This document shows, one piece after another, positions 38,916 to 47,838 of a stretch of 64,000 nucleotides of DNA. Every line of letters begins with the position of its first letter. Within the stretch, counting starts at the first letter, position 1. The position numbers and the translations under genes are program-made. Source of the stretch: Polyangiales bacterium (GTDB lineage: Bacteria; Myxococcota_A; Polyangia; Polyangiales; Polyangiaceae); the NCBI GenBank assembly GCA_038231275.1, contig JBBRLQ010000026.1:47926-111925 (forward strand). The letters are read 5' to 3'. The notes under the pieces are model-generated. The model was not told where the DNA came from. It searched no databases and was given only the letters and a program-made list of their open reading frames with translations.

Positions 38916-40693
38916 CGACGGGCCTCGCCATCCCCGTCGTCTTCGGGCCCGCGGGCCGCGCGATCTCGGGGTTTCATCACCCGGCGCGCGCCGCGGATGG
39001 ACGCACGCGCGCCATCGGTATCGTCTTGTGCAATCCGCTCGGGTACGACGCGATGTGCACGCACCGCACGTACCGTCACCTCGCCGAGCGCGCGGCCGAG
39101 CACGGATTTCAGACGCTGCGCTTCGACTACGAAGGGACCGGAGACTCCGCCGGTCGCCCGGACTCGCCCGATCGCGGGCGGGCGTGGCTCGACAGCGTCG
39201 CATTCGCGATCGACGAGTTGCGCGCGCGCTCAGGCGTCGAGAAGGTCGCGCTCTTCGGCGTACGGTTCGGCGCGACCCTCGCGGCAACGGCGGCGGCGAC
39301 GCGCGACGACGTGGACGCGCTGATCTTGTGGGCGCCGTGCGCGTCGGGGCGCGCGTACGTGCGCGAGCTCCGCGCGTTCCGGATGATCAAGGCGAAGGAA
39401 GCGCCGAAGGCGAGCGACGTGGGCGACGAGGAGGTGGCGGGCTACCTCTTCGACAAGGCGACCGTGGCGGACATGAGCGCGCTCGATCTCCTCGCTCGCC
39501 GTGAGCGGCCGGCGCGACGCGTGCTCGTCGTCCCGCGTGATCTGGCGTCGGCAGAGGCCCGCCTGGTCACGCACCTCGAGGCGGTGGGCGCCGCGGTGAC
39601 CGTCGCGCGTGAGTCGGGGTACGCACTGATGATGCGCGATCCGCAGGACACGATCGTCCCCGTCGGCACGTTGGACGGGATCGTCGAGTGGCTGGCGCAC
39701 GGAGAGCCCTTGGATTCGCCGCACCCTCCCTCTCGAGACCATGCGCCTCCGCCCGTGCTCACCACGACCGCCGCGTCGGGCGCCGAGGTCCGCGAAGAGG
39801 CCGTGCAGTTCGGCGACGGCGACCGCCTGTTCGGCGTGGTCACCGAGCCCATCGCGCGCGAGTGCCTCGCGGGCGGCCCGACGATCTTGTTCTTGAACGT
39901 GGGCGCGAACCACCGCGTCGGGCCGAACCGCATGTACGTCTCGATGGCGCGTGACCTCGCCGCGCTCGGCTACCGCGGCATGCGCTTCGACGTGGCCGGC
40001 CTCGGCGACAGCCGCATCGCCCCCGGCGCGCCCGAGAACCGGCTCTATTCGAAGGACTCCGTCGTCGACGTGAAAGCGGCGATGGACTTTCTCGAGAAGA
40101 CGCGCGGCGCGAGGCGCTTCGTCCTCCTCGGGTTGTGCTCGGGCGCGTACCTCGCCTTTCATACCGCCGTCGAGGACCCTCGCGTCGTCGGTCAGGTGCT
40201 CTTGAACCCACAGACCTTCGAGTGGAAAGAGGGGGACTCGCTCGAGCTCTCGATGCGAAAGAGCTTCCTCTCGACCCGCTACTACGCGCGCGCGCTCTTG
40301 GAGCCGGCGATGTGGAAGCGGCTCGTACGCGGGCGAGTCAACGTGCGCGGCGTCATGGGTGCCCTGCGCGAGCGAATGGCGACGCAGGCGCGCGCCCGCG
40401 CGGAGGCGCTACGTGCACGGCTCACCGGCCAGCGCGAGCCGCAGACCGACATCGAGCGCGCGTTCGTCGCCATCTCCGATCGCGGCGTCGCTTCGCTGCT
40501 GGTCTTCAGCTTCGATGACGGGGGCCTCGACATGATCGAGCAGCACCTCGGCCGGAACGTCCGCAAGATGGCCCGGCGAAAGAACTTCCATTTCGAAATC
40601 GTGGACGGCGCCGACCACACTTTCACCCCCATCCACTCGCAGCACACGCTGCACGGGATCGTCACCCGCTACGTGACGGCCAGCTTCGGCTGA
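38912..40693 (+). CDS. Tandem double alpha/beta-hydrolase-fold protein (exosortase-associated hydrolase 2 + hydrolase 1-like)
   Basis: Two RFD..G.GDS domains. Elbow motifs are GVRFG (domain 1) and GLCSG (domain 2). C-terminal GADHTF. Confidence 0.8.
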   Translation: MTTGLAIPVVFGPAGRAISGFHHPARAADGRTRAIGIVLCNPLGYDAMCTHRTYRHLAERAAEHGFQTLRFDYEGTGDSAGRPDSPDRGRAWLDSVAFAIDELRARSGVEKVALFGVRFGATLAATAAATRDDVDALILWAPCASGRAYVRELRAFRMIKAKEAPKASDVGDEEVAGYLFDKATVADMSALDLLARRERPARRVLVVPRDLASAEARLVTHLEAVGAAVTVARESGYALMMRDPQDTIVPVGTLDGIVEWLAHGEPLDSPHPPSRDHAPPPVLTTTAASGAEVREEAVQFGDGDRLFGVVTEPIARECLAGGPTILFLNVGANHRVGPNRMYVSMARDLAALGYRGMRFDVAGLGDSRIAPGAPENRLYSKDSVVDVKAAMDFLEKTRGARRFVLLGLCSGAYLAFHTAVEDPRVVGQVLLNPQTFEWKEGDSLELSMRKSFLSTRYYARALLEPAMWKRLVRGRVNVRGVMGALRERMATQARARAEALRARLTGQREPQTDIERAFVAISDRGVASLLVFSFDDGGLDMIEQHLGRNVRKMARRKNFHFEIVDGADHTFTPIHSQHTLHGIVTRYVTASFG

Positions 40694-40701
40694 TTTTCTT
40701 C

Positions 40702-43236
40702 TTACGTCTTCGCGACGACGATCTTCGTCGGCGAGGCTGCGTTCAGAGGGACGACGCGGCCGGGAGACGCGTCGGTGCGGAGGCCGTGCAGCGTGACGGT
40801 GCGCTCGCCGCCCGGCTCGACGTGGAAGAACTCGTCGTCGGCGACGAATCCGCGCGCGTCGAAGGCGACGGCGAGCGCGAGCCTCTTGGCGCGCACGGTG
40901 ACACGCCACGTCTCCGCGGGTCCCGGCGTCGCCACCGCCTCGACGCCGAGGTCTGCCGCCCGCGCGTGCGGGGTGCCGCACGGGAAATGGAACGCGCGCC
41001 CGATGCACGCCCCGTCCTTCCGATCGACGAGGGTGCCGACGACGAGATCGTGTCCTGGCGGACCGAAGCGGTACGCGTAGGTCGTGTCGACGAAGCGCCC
41101 GAGGACGGAGTCGGCAGAGATGGCGGTCACGCCGCGCGCCGGGACGGCCACCGGCGCGGCGCCTTCGACGACGCGTACATCGCCCCGGTAGAGCGTGACG
41201 CGCACCTCCGTGTCGAGCGCCACGGGGCCGTCGTTGACGGCGTGGAACGTGAGGCCGTTGAGGCCTTCGTCGGTCGCGAGGAGGGCCACCGGCGCGAACG
41301 CACGCGCGAGGTAGTGGTACGCCGCCTTGGGACGCCCGTTCGCGTCGACGACGCCCCACCCCGCCCCCGCCCAAAGGTCACGGAGGAGCCAGACCAGCGC
41401 ACCTTTGCACTCCGAGCCCGCGCGTCGAAACTCCGAGATCGTCGCGAGCATCGCCTCGCCGGTGACGACGCGCCCGAGCTCGAGGTAGCGCGCGACGTCG
41501 GCGGCCCGAAGCAGCGCCGGATCGACGCCGAAGAGTCGGCCGAGGTAGTGATCGCGAACGTCCTCGAAATCCCACGAGGCGCCGCGATCGCGCGGGACGC
41601 GGGCCTTCCATCGCGGGTGGTTCGGAGGAGACTCACCGTCGCGGAGGAGGCCCTCGATCGTCTCGTCGCACGGGACGTTCGCGAACGCGAGGCACTCGGC
41701 GGTGAAGCGCACGCGAGATCGTCGCGCGTCTTCGAGCGGCCGCAAGTACGCGCCGACGCCGTAGTAATGCGACACCCCCTCGTCGACGCGGAACGGCAGC
41801 GCCCCGCCCTCCGGTGTGCTCGCCACGTAGGGAACGTCGGGACGCGCCGCGCGCGCGACGGCCGGCAAGAGCTCGTCGAAGAGCGGACCGGACCACTCCT
41901 TCTCCGGCAGGCCGAGCATCGCGGCCTGCTGCGCGACCTCGCTGTTTCCGCAAAAAATTGCCAGGCTGGGCGAGAGCTGGAGCCGGCTCGCGAGCTGCGT
42001 CGCCTCGGCGCGAACGGACGCAGCGAACGCCTCGTCGGCGATCGGGTAGTCCATGTTGGCGAACATGAAGTCCTGCCACACCATGATGCCGAGCTCGTCG
42101 CAGAGATCGTGGAAGGTCTCGGGCGCGTAGCCCATCGTGCCGCCGACGCGGAGCATGTTCATCCCTGCGCGCGCGGCCATCGTGAGCGCGGCGCGCAGAT
42201 CCTGGAGATCGTCGCCGTCGGTGATCCCGACGAGGTCGAGCGGCGTCCAGACGGCCCCTCGCGCGAAGACGTCCACCCCGTTGACGCGAACGCCGAAGCC
42301 GCCGCCCTCGCGATCGAGCGTGATCGTACGAAAGCCGGTCCTGCCGAGGTCCATCTTCACGTCGCCGCGATCGGTGTGGGCGACGACGACGACGTCGTGG
42401 AGCGTCGGCGCACCGTGGGTCGCCGGCCACCAGAGCGCGACGTCGGGGATCGTGAGCGTGCCGCGCGCGACGACGGCGCCGTCCGCCTGCGATTCGGTGA
42501 CCAGCTCCGTGACCGCGGCCCCGACGGCGAGCGATACGCTGCGAATGAGCGCGGGTCCGACGGTCGCGAGACGGAGCGCGATGTCCAAGGCGCCGTCGCG
42601 ACCCTCTACGCGCGTCCTCGCGTCGGCAGAGAGCACGCATACACGCCCGCGCCGCTCGACGGCGATCGCGCGGTAGGGCCCGACCGGCGCGACCGGCGGC
42701 GACCACGCCGGGATGCGCCCGAGGAGCGCCGTTCGAATCCAGCGAAGCTGCTGCTGCGCCACGATCTGCGCGCGCCACCGCGGCCGCGGGCGGCGCTTCT
42801 TCAGCTCCTCGGTGATCGACGCGAACCGCAGGACGAGCTCGCCCGGGCCGCCGTGGCCAGTCACGTCGACGTCGTGCGCGAGGAACATGTTGTCGGAGCG
42901 AAGGACGTGCGCGCCGTCGAGCCACACGTCCGCGAGCGTCGCGAGGCCGTCGAAGCGGAGGATCACCTTCTCGTCGGCCTCGCGCGGCGTGAGGTCGACC
43001 TTCGCGCGAAACCACCAGTCGCTCTCGTCGAAGTCGCGCCCGTCGTCGAGGCTCCACGCCTTCGCGGCCGCGAGCGCGCTCGCCGCGGTGCCCGGCACTC
43101 GCGCGTCGAACCAGCGCGCGCTCGCGGCCTCGAGCCCCGCCGGATCGCTCACGGAGCCCGCCGCAAGCGCGGCGCACGACCATCCGCCCGAAAGCGTGGT
43201 CACCAGGGTCCCGTCGATCGCGCGGACCTTGGCCAT
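40702..43236 (-). CDS. GH2 beta-mannosidase-like protein, no signal peptide
   Basis: FDGLAT, SDNMF, NMLRVGG, GIMVWQDFMFA and CGNSE. Confidence 0.87.
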   Translation of the reverse strand: MAKVRAIDGTLVTTLSGGWSCAALAAGSVSDPAGLEAASARWFDARVPGTAASALAAAKAWSLDDGRDFDESDWWFRAKVDLTPREADEKVILRFDGLATLADVWLDGAHVLRSDNMFLAHDVDVTGHGGPGELVLRFASITEELKKRRPRPRWRAQIVAQQQLRWIRTALLGRIPAWSPPVAPVGPYRAIAVERRGRVCVLSADARTRVEGRDGALDIALRLATVGPALIRSVSLAVGAAVTELVTESQADGAVVARGTLTIPDVALWWPATHGAPTLHDVVVVAHTDRGDVKMDLGRTGFRTITLDREGGGFGVRVNGVDVFARGAVWTPLDLVGITDGDDLQDLRAALTMAARAGMNMLRVGGTMGYAPETFHDLCDELGIMVWQDFMFANMDYPIADEAFAASVRAEATQLASRLQLSPSLAIFCGNSEVAQQAAMLGLPEKEWSGPLFDELLPAVARAARPDVPYVASTPEGGALPFRVDEGVSHYYGVGAYLRPLEDARRSRVRFTAECLAFANVPCDETIEGLLRDGESPPNHPRWKARVPRDRGASWDFEDVRDHYLGRLFGVDPALLRAADVARYLELGRVVTGEAMLATISEFRRAGSECKGALVWLLRDLWAGAGWGVVDANGRPKAAYHYLARAFAPVALLATDEGLNGLTFHAVNDGPVALDTEVRVTLYRGDVRVVEGAAPVAVPARGVTAISADSVLGRFVDTTYAYRFGPPGHDLVVGTLVDRKDGACIGRAFHFPCGTPHARAADLGVEAVATPGPAETWRVTVRAKRLALAVAFDARGFVADDEFFHVEPGGERTVTLHGLRTDASPGRVVPLNAASPTKIVVAKT

Positions 43237-44219
43237 CAGACCTGGTAGCGCCGGGCGAGCGCCGAGACGCCAACCTCCCACGCGCGCTCGAGGTCCGACA
43301 GCATCGGCCCCAGATCGACGACCTTCTTCGCGCCGACCGCGCGCGCGGTCTTCAAGATGAGCGATTTACTCGTGTCGGAGATCGCCATGAACGCCTTCGC
43401 GCTCTCCTCCAGGCCGCCCTCACCGCGCTCGCCGAGCCACCGCAGGTAGAGCGCCGCGAGCTCGAACGCAGAGCCGAGCTGCCGGATCGTGGCGAACGCG
43501 TACACGTGGTACGCGCCGAGCCCCTCCCCCTTGAGCCGCTCGACGTCCTCCTTGAACCGCGCTGAGAAGCGCGCGAGCGGGTTGTCGTCGGGCCGACGCG
43601 CGAGGTGCTTTTGCAAGAGCTCCACCGAGCGGCGCGTAAGATCCGCCGGATCGCGAAGAACGACCCGCGCGGTGCGGACGAACTCCGCGAAGAACGGCAT
43701 GAACGTCGGATCGGCCGGCGCGCCCAGTCGAAACAGGCTCACGAAGTCCTCGCCTGCGAGCGCGTGGTAGCTGCTGTTGTGGAAATACCCGAGCGTGCGC
43801 GCCTCGACGTCGATCTCCTGGATGCCGATCGTCGTCTTCGTGTGCTGCGTTCGGTAGTCGGTTCCCACGGTGTCGGGCAAATAGAACGCGTCGGCCTCCG
43901 CCAGGACGAGCTTGCCGCCGCGGAGCATCTCTTGCGCGTTGTCGATGAGCGGGCGGTAGACGTTGAGCTCTTGGATGTCGAGGCCGTAGAGCGCCGTCAG
44001 GTCCTCGTGCGGCGGCTTGAAGAAAGTGAATTGATCGCCCTCCCAGTCGAGCCCCATCAAGAACCCGAGGCACGCGTGCGGATCGCAGCCGAGCGCGTGC
44101 AGGACCTCGATCCACACGTCGATGTAGCAGTTCGACTCGCCCCACGCGCGCGTCGGGCCGTGGAGCGCGTGCGGCACGTATGCCTTCGCGTCGATCGACC
44201 GGAGCGCGGCGACCTTCAC
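43236..44219 (-). CDS. DUF1839 family protein
   Basis: SNCYIDVWIE, EGDQFTFFKPP, DAFYLPDT, HTKTTI, YFHN and FATIRQLG. Typical neighbour of aa:CP ligases. Confidence 0.8.
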   Translation of the reverse strand: MKVAALRSIDAKAYVPHALHGPTRAWGESNCYIDVWIEVLHALGCDPHACLGFLMGLDWEGDQFTFFKPPHEDLTALYGLDIQELNVYRPLIDNAQEMLRGGKLVLAEADAFYLPDTVGTDYRTQHTKTTIGIQEIDVEARTLGYFHNSSYHALAGEDFVSLFRLGAPADPTFMPFFAEFVRTARVVLRDPADLTRRSVELLQKHLARRPDDNPLARFSARFKEDVERLKGEGLGAYHVYAFATIRQLGSAFELAALYLRWLGERGEGGLEESAKAFMAISDTSKSLILKTARAVGAKKVVDLGPMLSDLERAWEVGVSALARRYQV

Positions 44220-45127
44220 GGCCAGAGCTTCTCCCGGACCGCCGCCGGCCACGTCTTCGGATCGAAACCGTGGTGCTTGAAGAGCGCCATGCACACGCGC
44301 TCCATCCCGAAGCCGAGGCACGCGGTGTTGGCGAGCTTGCCGTCGGCGGTCTTGATGTCGAAGATCTTGCCGAAGTGATCCTGGTGCCAGTTGAAGGAGC
44401 ACACCGCGGTGGGCTTCTCTTCGGAGATGACGGGGATGGTGACCTCGAATTTGAGCTGCTGCTCGCGCTGCGTCGCCGCGAGCATGCGGCCGCCGCGGCC
44501 GAAGAACGGATCGTTCGCGACCTCCGGCTTCGCGGGGAGGCCGAGGGCGCGCATGATCGTGACGCCGCGCTCGAGCCACATGTCACGCCACGCGACGACC
44601 ACCTCCGGCGCGCCGACCCGCACGAACTCGCGGACGCGGAAGGCCTGCATGCGCGTCGGCTCGGTCGACGGCTCGTTGCGGAAGACCCAGTTCTGCATGT
44701 CGACGAGTCGCCCCGCCGGGCCGAGCGTGCCTGTGAAGCTCGGATAGACGGGGTAGCAAGCGGCGGGCGTCAGCACCACGTCGGTCATCGTCTGGAGCGC
44801 GCTCCACGACTCACCGGCGTGGACGCGCGACGCGAGCTCCGCGTGCTCCTTCTCTTTGCCGGCGAACGAGAAGACCGTGCCGGCCAGCTGCGGGAACGAG
44901 TCCAGGAACTCGCTCTTTTCGAGCACCTTGCGATCTAGCGTCGGCGGAAAGAGCATCTGCTCGGCGCCGTCGTCCTTCGCGACGCGCGAGACGTAGTCGT
45001 CGAAGTGACGGAGCACGTCCTCGAAGACGGCGTTTCGCCCGAAAATTCCCGGCACGCCGACCGGGATGATGAGCCCCGACTGGACCAGCCCGTCGTAGAG
45101 CTCCTGCGAGGAGTACGTCACGCCCAT
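44216..45127 (-). CDS. Amino acid:[carrier protein] ligase (atypical SerRS catalytic-domain homolog)
   Basis: PAACYP, FRNE (motif 2), FRVREFV, ANDPFFGR and TACLGFGMER (motif 3). No tRNA-binding domain. Confidence 0.92.
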   Translation of the reverse strand: MGVTYSSQELYDGLVQSGLIIPVGVPGIFGRNAVFEDVLRHFDDYVSRVAKDDGAEQMLFPPTLDRKVLEKSEFLDSFPQLAGTVFSFAGKEKEHAELASRVHAGESWSALQTMTDVVLTPAACYPVYPSFTGTLGPAGRLVDMQNWVFRNEPSTEPTRMQAFRVREFVRVGAPEVVVAWRDMWLERGVTIMRALGLPAKPEVANDPFFGRGGRMLAATQREQQLKFEVTIPVISEEKPTAVCSFNWHQDHFGKIFDIKTADGKLANTACLGFGMERVCMALFKHHGFDPKTWPAAVREKLWP

Positions 45128-45142
45128 GAAGGTTCGCCTCGT

Positions 45143-46321
45143 TCAGTCGTCCTTGAGGACGAGCAACATCGACGCGTTCGTCGACAGGATGCGATCGTTG
45201 CCCACCATGAGCGCCGCGGAGAGCGCGTCGCGGAGGTGACGGCCGACCGAGAATTTAGAGTCGTTCTTGTAGCCCATGATTCCGCAAATCTGGAGCGCGT
45301 GGTGGACGATCTGCGACGCCATCTGCGACGACGAGACCTTCAGGTTGTTCATCTTCAGCGCAAAGGCGATCGACGACAGACTCTTGGTGCCCTGCTCGTC
45401 GTCTTTCATGAGCGCCTCGCACTCGCTCGCCACGTCGTGCGCGTTGGTGCGCATCGACTGGAGCATGCTCGAGACCTCGGCCAAGCGGAGCGCGCTGGGA
45501 GGGACGGTGCCGGGTTTGGCGCGCGCTTGCTGGCGCACGAACGCGCGCGCGCGCCGCACCGCGCCCATCGATATGCCGAGCCACACGTTCGACCACAAGA
45601 CGTGGCTGAACGGCACCTGCGTCTCGCTCGCGACGTCGGAGAACGGCGTCGTGAAAATCTGACCATCCTCCCCCTTCGATTGGAGCATGAACGGCGGGCT
45701 GCAGGTGCCGCGCATGCCGAGCGTGTCCCAAACGCCTTTCTGGGTGAGCGTGACGTCCTTCTTCCTGACGAGGACGAAGATCTGATCGTTCGGGGGCGAG
45801 TCGGGGCCCCGCCGCGCCTGGAAAAGGATGTCGTCGGCCTGCGCGCCGTAAGAAATCGTCGTGCAGTCCTTGTCGAGGGTGAAGCGCCCGGCGCCGTCGT
45901 GCGCCACCGCGCATTTGCTGGTGCGCATCTCTCCGCCGATGCCGGCCTCGCTCGTCGCCGAGGCGATCAGGATCTGCTCGCGGACCAGATCGCCGACGTA
46001 CTTCTGGTAGTACGGCTGTCCCATCGCGTGGCGAAGGATGCTCGCCACCTGGATGTGGTGCATCGCGAAGACCATCGCCGCGGACGCGCAGTGCTGGCCG
46101 AGCGCCTCGCACATCGCGGCGAGCTCGATCATCCCGCACCCGAGCCCGCCTTGCTCGCGCGGGACGAGCGCGCTCATCATACGCGCCTTCTTGAGCGCCT
46201 CGATCGCTTCGGTCGGGAAGCGCGCGTCGCGATCGACGGCGTCGGCGGCGGGGCCCGCGATCTCCTCAGCGAGGCGCTGGACGATCTCGACCGACGACGA
46301 GCGGGTCTCCTGGGCTTGCAT
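45143..46321 (-). CDS. Acyl-CoA/acyl-ACP dehydrogenase family flavoprotein
   Basis: VDRDARFP, ASATSE, WDTLGMRGTCS, ALQICGIMGY and RHLRD. Confidence 0.9.
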   Translation of the reverse strand: MQAQETRSSSVEIVQRLAEEIAGPAADAVDRDARFPTEAIEALKKARMMSALVPREQGGLGCGMIELAAMCEALGQHCASAAMVFAMHHIQVASILRHAMGQPYYQKYVGDLVREQILIASATSEAGIGGEMRTSKCAVAHDGAGRFTLDKDCTTISYGAQADDILFQARRGPDSPPNDQIFVLVRKKDVTLTQKGVWDTLGMRGTCSPPFMLQSKGEDGQIFTTPFSDVASETQVPFSHVLWSNVWLGISMGAVRRARAFVRQQARAKPGTVPPSALRLAEVSSMLQSMRTNAHDVASECEALMKDDEQGTKSLSSIAFALKMNNLKVSSSQMASQIVHHALQICGIMGYKNDSKFSVGRHLRDALSAALMVGNDRILSTNASMLLVLKDD

Positions 46322-46345
46322 GATTCGTGCGTTCCCTGCTTCCGC

Positions 46346-46588
46346 TCAGCGGTCCTTGGTCAGCTCTTCGATCGCCGCCCGGATGGCGGCGACGCTCTCG
46401 AACACCCCGCGGCGCAGCATGCGATCGGGGAACTCCACGTCGAACGTCCCCTCGAGCGCGAGCATCACGTTGACGCTGGCGTGCGACGTCATCCCCGACT
46501 GGTAGAGATCGCCGTCGTCGGCGAGGGCGTCGACGTCGACCGCCAGGCGACCGTGCTCCTTCAGGATGGCGCGAATCTGATCGTTCAT
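46346..46588 (-). CDS. Acyl (aminoacyl) carrier protein 2
   Basis: 80 aa, GMTSHA Ser motif and LE..FDVEFPD. Confidence 0.88.
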   Translation of the reverse strand: MNDQIRAILKEHGRLAVDVDALADDGDLYQSGMTSHASVNVMLALEGTFDVEFPDRMLRRGVFESVAAIRAAIEELTKDR

Positions 46589-47025
46589 GGGCGATGGGCT
46601 CCGGGCTTGCGTGCGCGCGTAGAGAGGCGGCTCGTCGTGGAACGTTCACGCTCGCCCATGACGACGGCGATGGCGAGGTTCCCCTGGTGGCTGATGGACA
46701 CTTCGAGAGACCGCGCGCCCGCACGCCGCGCCGCACGCTCCGCCGCGCCCGACAGCGCCACGCCACACGCGCCGTCGGCAGCCTTCGTCACCTCGATGGA
46801 TCGAGGATCGACGCCGACGTCGCTCGCACGGAGGGCCTTGATCGTCGCCTCTTTCACGGCGAAGCGGCCCGCGAGGCGACGCGCCGTCTCGGGAGGCGCT
46901 GCCATCGCGTACGCGATTTCTGCCGGCGTGTAGATGCGGGAGAGGTACCGGTCCCCGAAGGTCCGCATCGCATCCTCGACCTCGCGTACGTCCACCAAGT
47001 CGGTTCCGAGCAAGACCCCTCGCAT
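46585..47025 (-). CDS. acpS: Holo-ACP synthase (AcpS-type PPTase)
   Basis: GTDLV, RFAVKEA..KA and VSISH. Confidence 0.9.
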   Translation of the reverse strand: MRGVLLGTDLVDVREVEDAMRTFGDRYLSRIYTPAEIAYAMAAPPETARRLAGRFAVKEATIKALRASDVGVDPRSIEVTKAADGACGVALSGAAERAARRAGARSLEVSISHQGNLAIAVVMGERERSTTSRLSTRARKPGAHRP

Positions 47026-47070
47026 GGTGCGTTCTCGAACACGATACCACGCTGCACCAACCTTGAGCCC

Positions 47071-47832
47071 TTACTTACGCGACGCGCCGCGCAGCAAAAT
47101 CCACGCGAATTTCGGATCGCGCACCAGGTACCGGCGCCAGAGGCGACGCGGCTCTCGCCCGAGGCGGTAGGCCCACTCGAGGCCGTTCTTCGACATCCAC
47201 GCCGGCGCGCGCGGGATGGTTCCGGCGACGAAATCGATCGACGCACCGAGGCCGAGGAGCACCGCGGGCGCGAGCGCCTCCTTGGACTCGTGGATGAAGA
47301 GCTCCTGCTTCGGCGCGCCAAGGCCTACGACGACGATCTCCGGCGCGGCCCGCTTCACCGCCTCACGGATCGCGTCGCGACGTTCGAACGGCTCGCGCAT
47401 GTCGACCCGCGGCGCGAGCGTGCCCACGATCGCGATGCCGGGGAGAGTCTTCTCGAGCTCCTGCTGCGCCCGCGCCGCGACCCCGTCTCCGCCCCCGAGG
47501 AGGAACACGCGCCATTTGCGCGACGCCGCACGACGGAGCAGCGGCATGACCAGATCGGATCCCGACACCTTCTCCGGCAACGGCCTGCCGAGGAGGCGCG
47601 ACGCCCACAGCACCGGCATCCCATCGGCGACCGAGAGGCTGGCCGCCTCGTAGGCCGCGCGCATCGCCGGATTCTCGGAGTATTCGACGACGTGATCGAC
47701 GTTGGGCGTGAAGACCGAGCCGCCTTTCTTCGCGACGACGAGCGCGTCGATCGCGTCGACGGTCTCCGCCAACGTGAGCGCGTCGATGGGAACGCCGCCG
47801 ACGCGCACGCGCGAATGAAGGGCGGACACCAC
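47071..47832 (-). CDS. WecB/TagA/CpsF (GT26) glycosyltransferase (EpsA-like)
   Basis: TPNVDH, ADGMP, GLGAPKQE and GLEWAYRL..EPRRL. Confidence 0.92.
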   Translation of the reverse strand: MVSALHSRVRVGGVPIDALTLAETVDAIDALVVAKKGGSVFTPNVDHVVEYSENPAMRAAYEAASLSVADGMPVLWASRLLGRPLPEKVSGSDLVMPLLRRAASRKWRVFLLGGGDGVAARAQQELEKTLPGIAIVGTLAPRVDMREPFERRDAIREAVKRAAPEIVVVGLGAPKQELFIHESKEALAPAVLLGLGASIDFVAGTIPRAPAWMSKNGLEWAYRLGREPRRLWRRYLVRDPKFAWILLRGASRK

Positions 47833-47838
47833 GGGCGG

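Noticed and set aside
44216..45127. Housekeeping seryl-tRNA synthetase
   Set aside because: Only 303 aa with no tRNA-binding domain, and flanked by carrier-protein genes.
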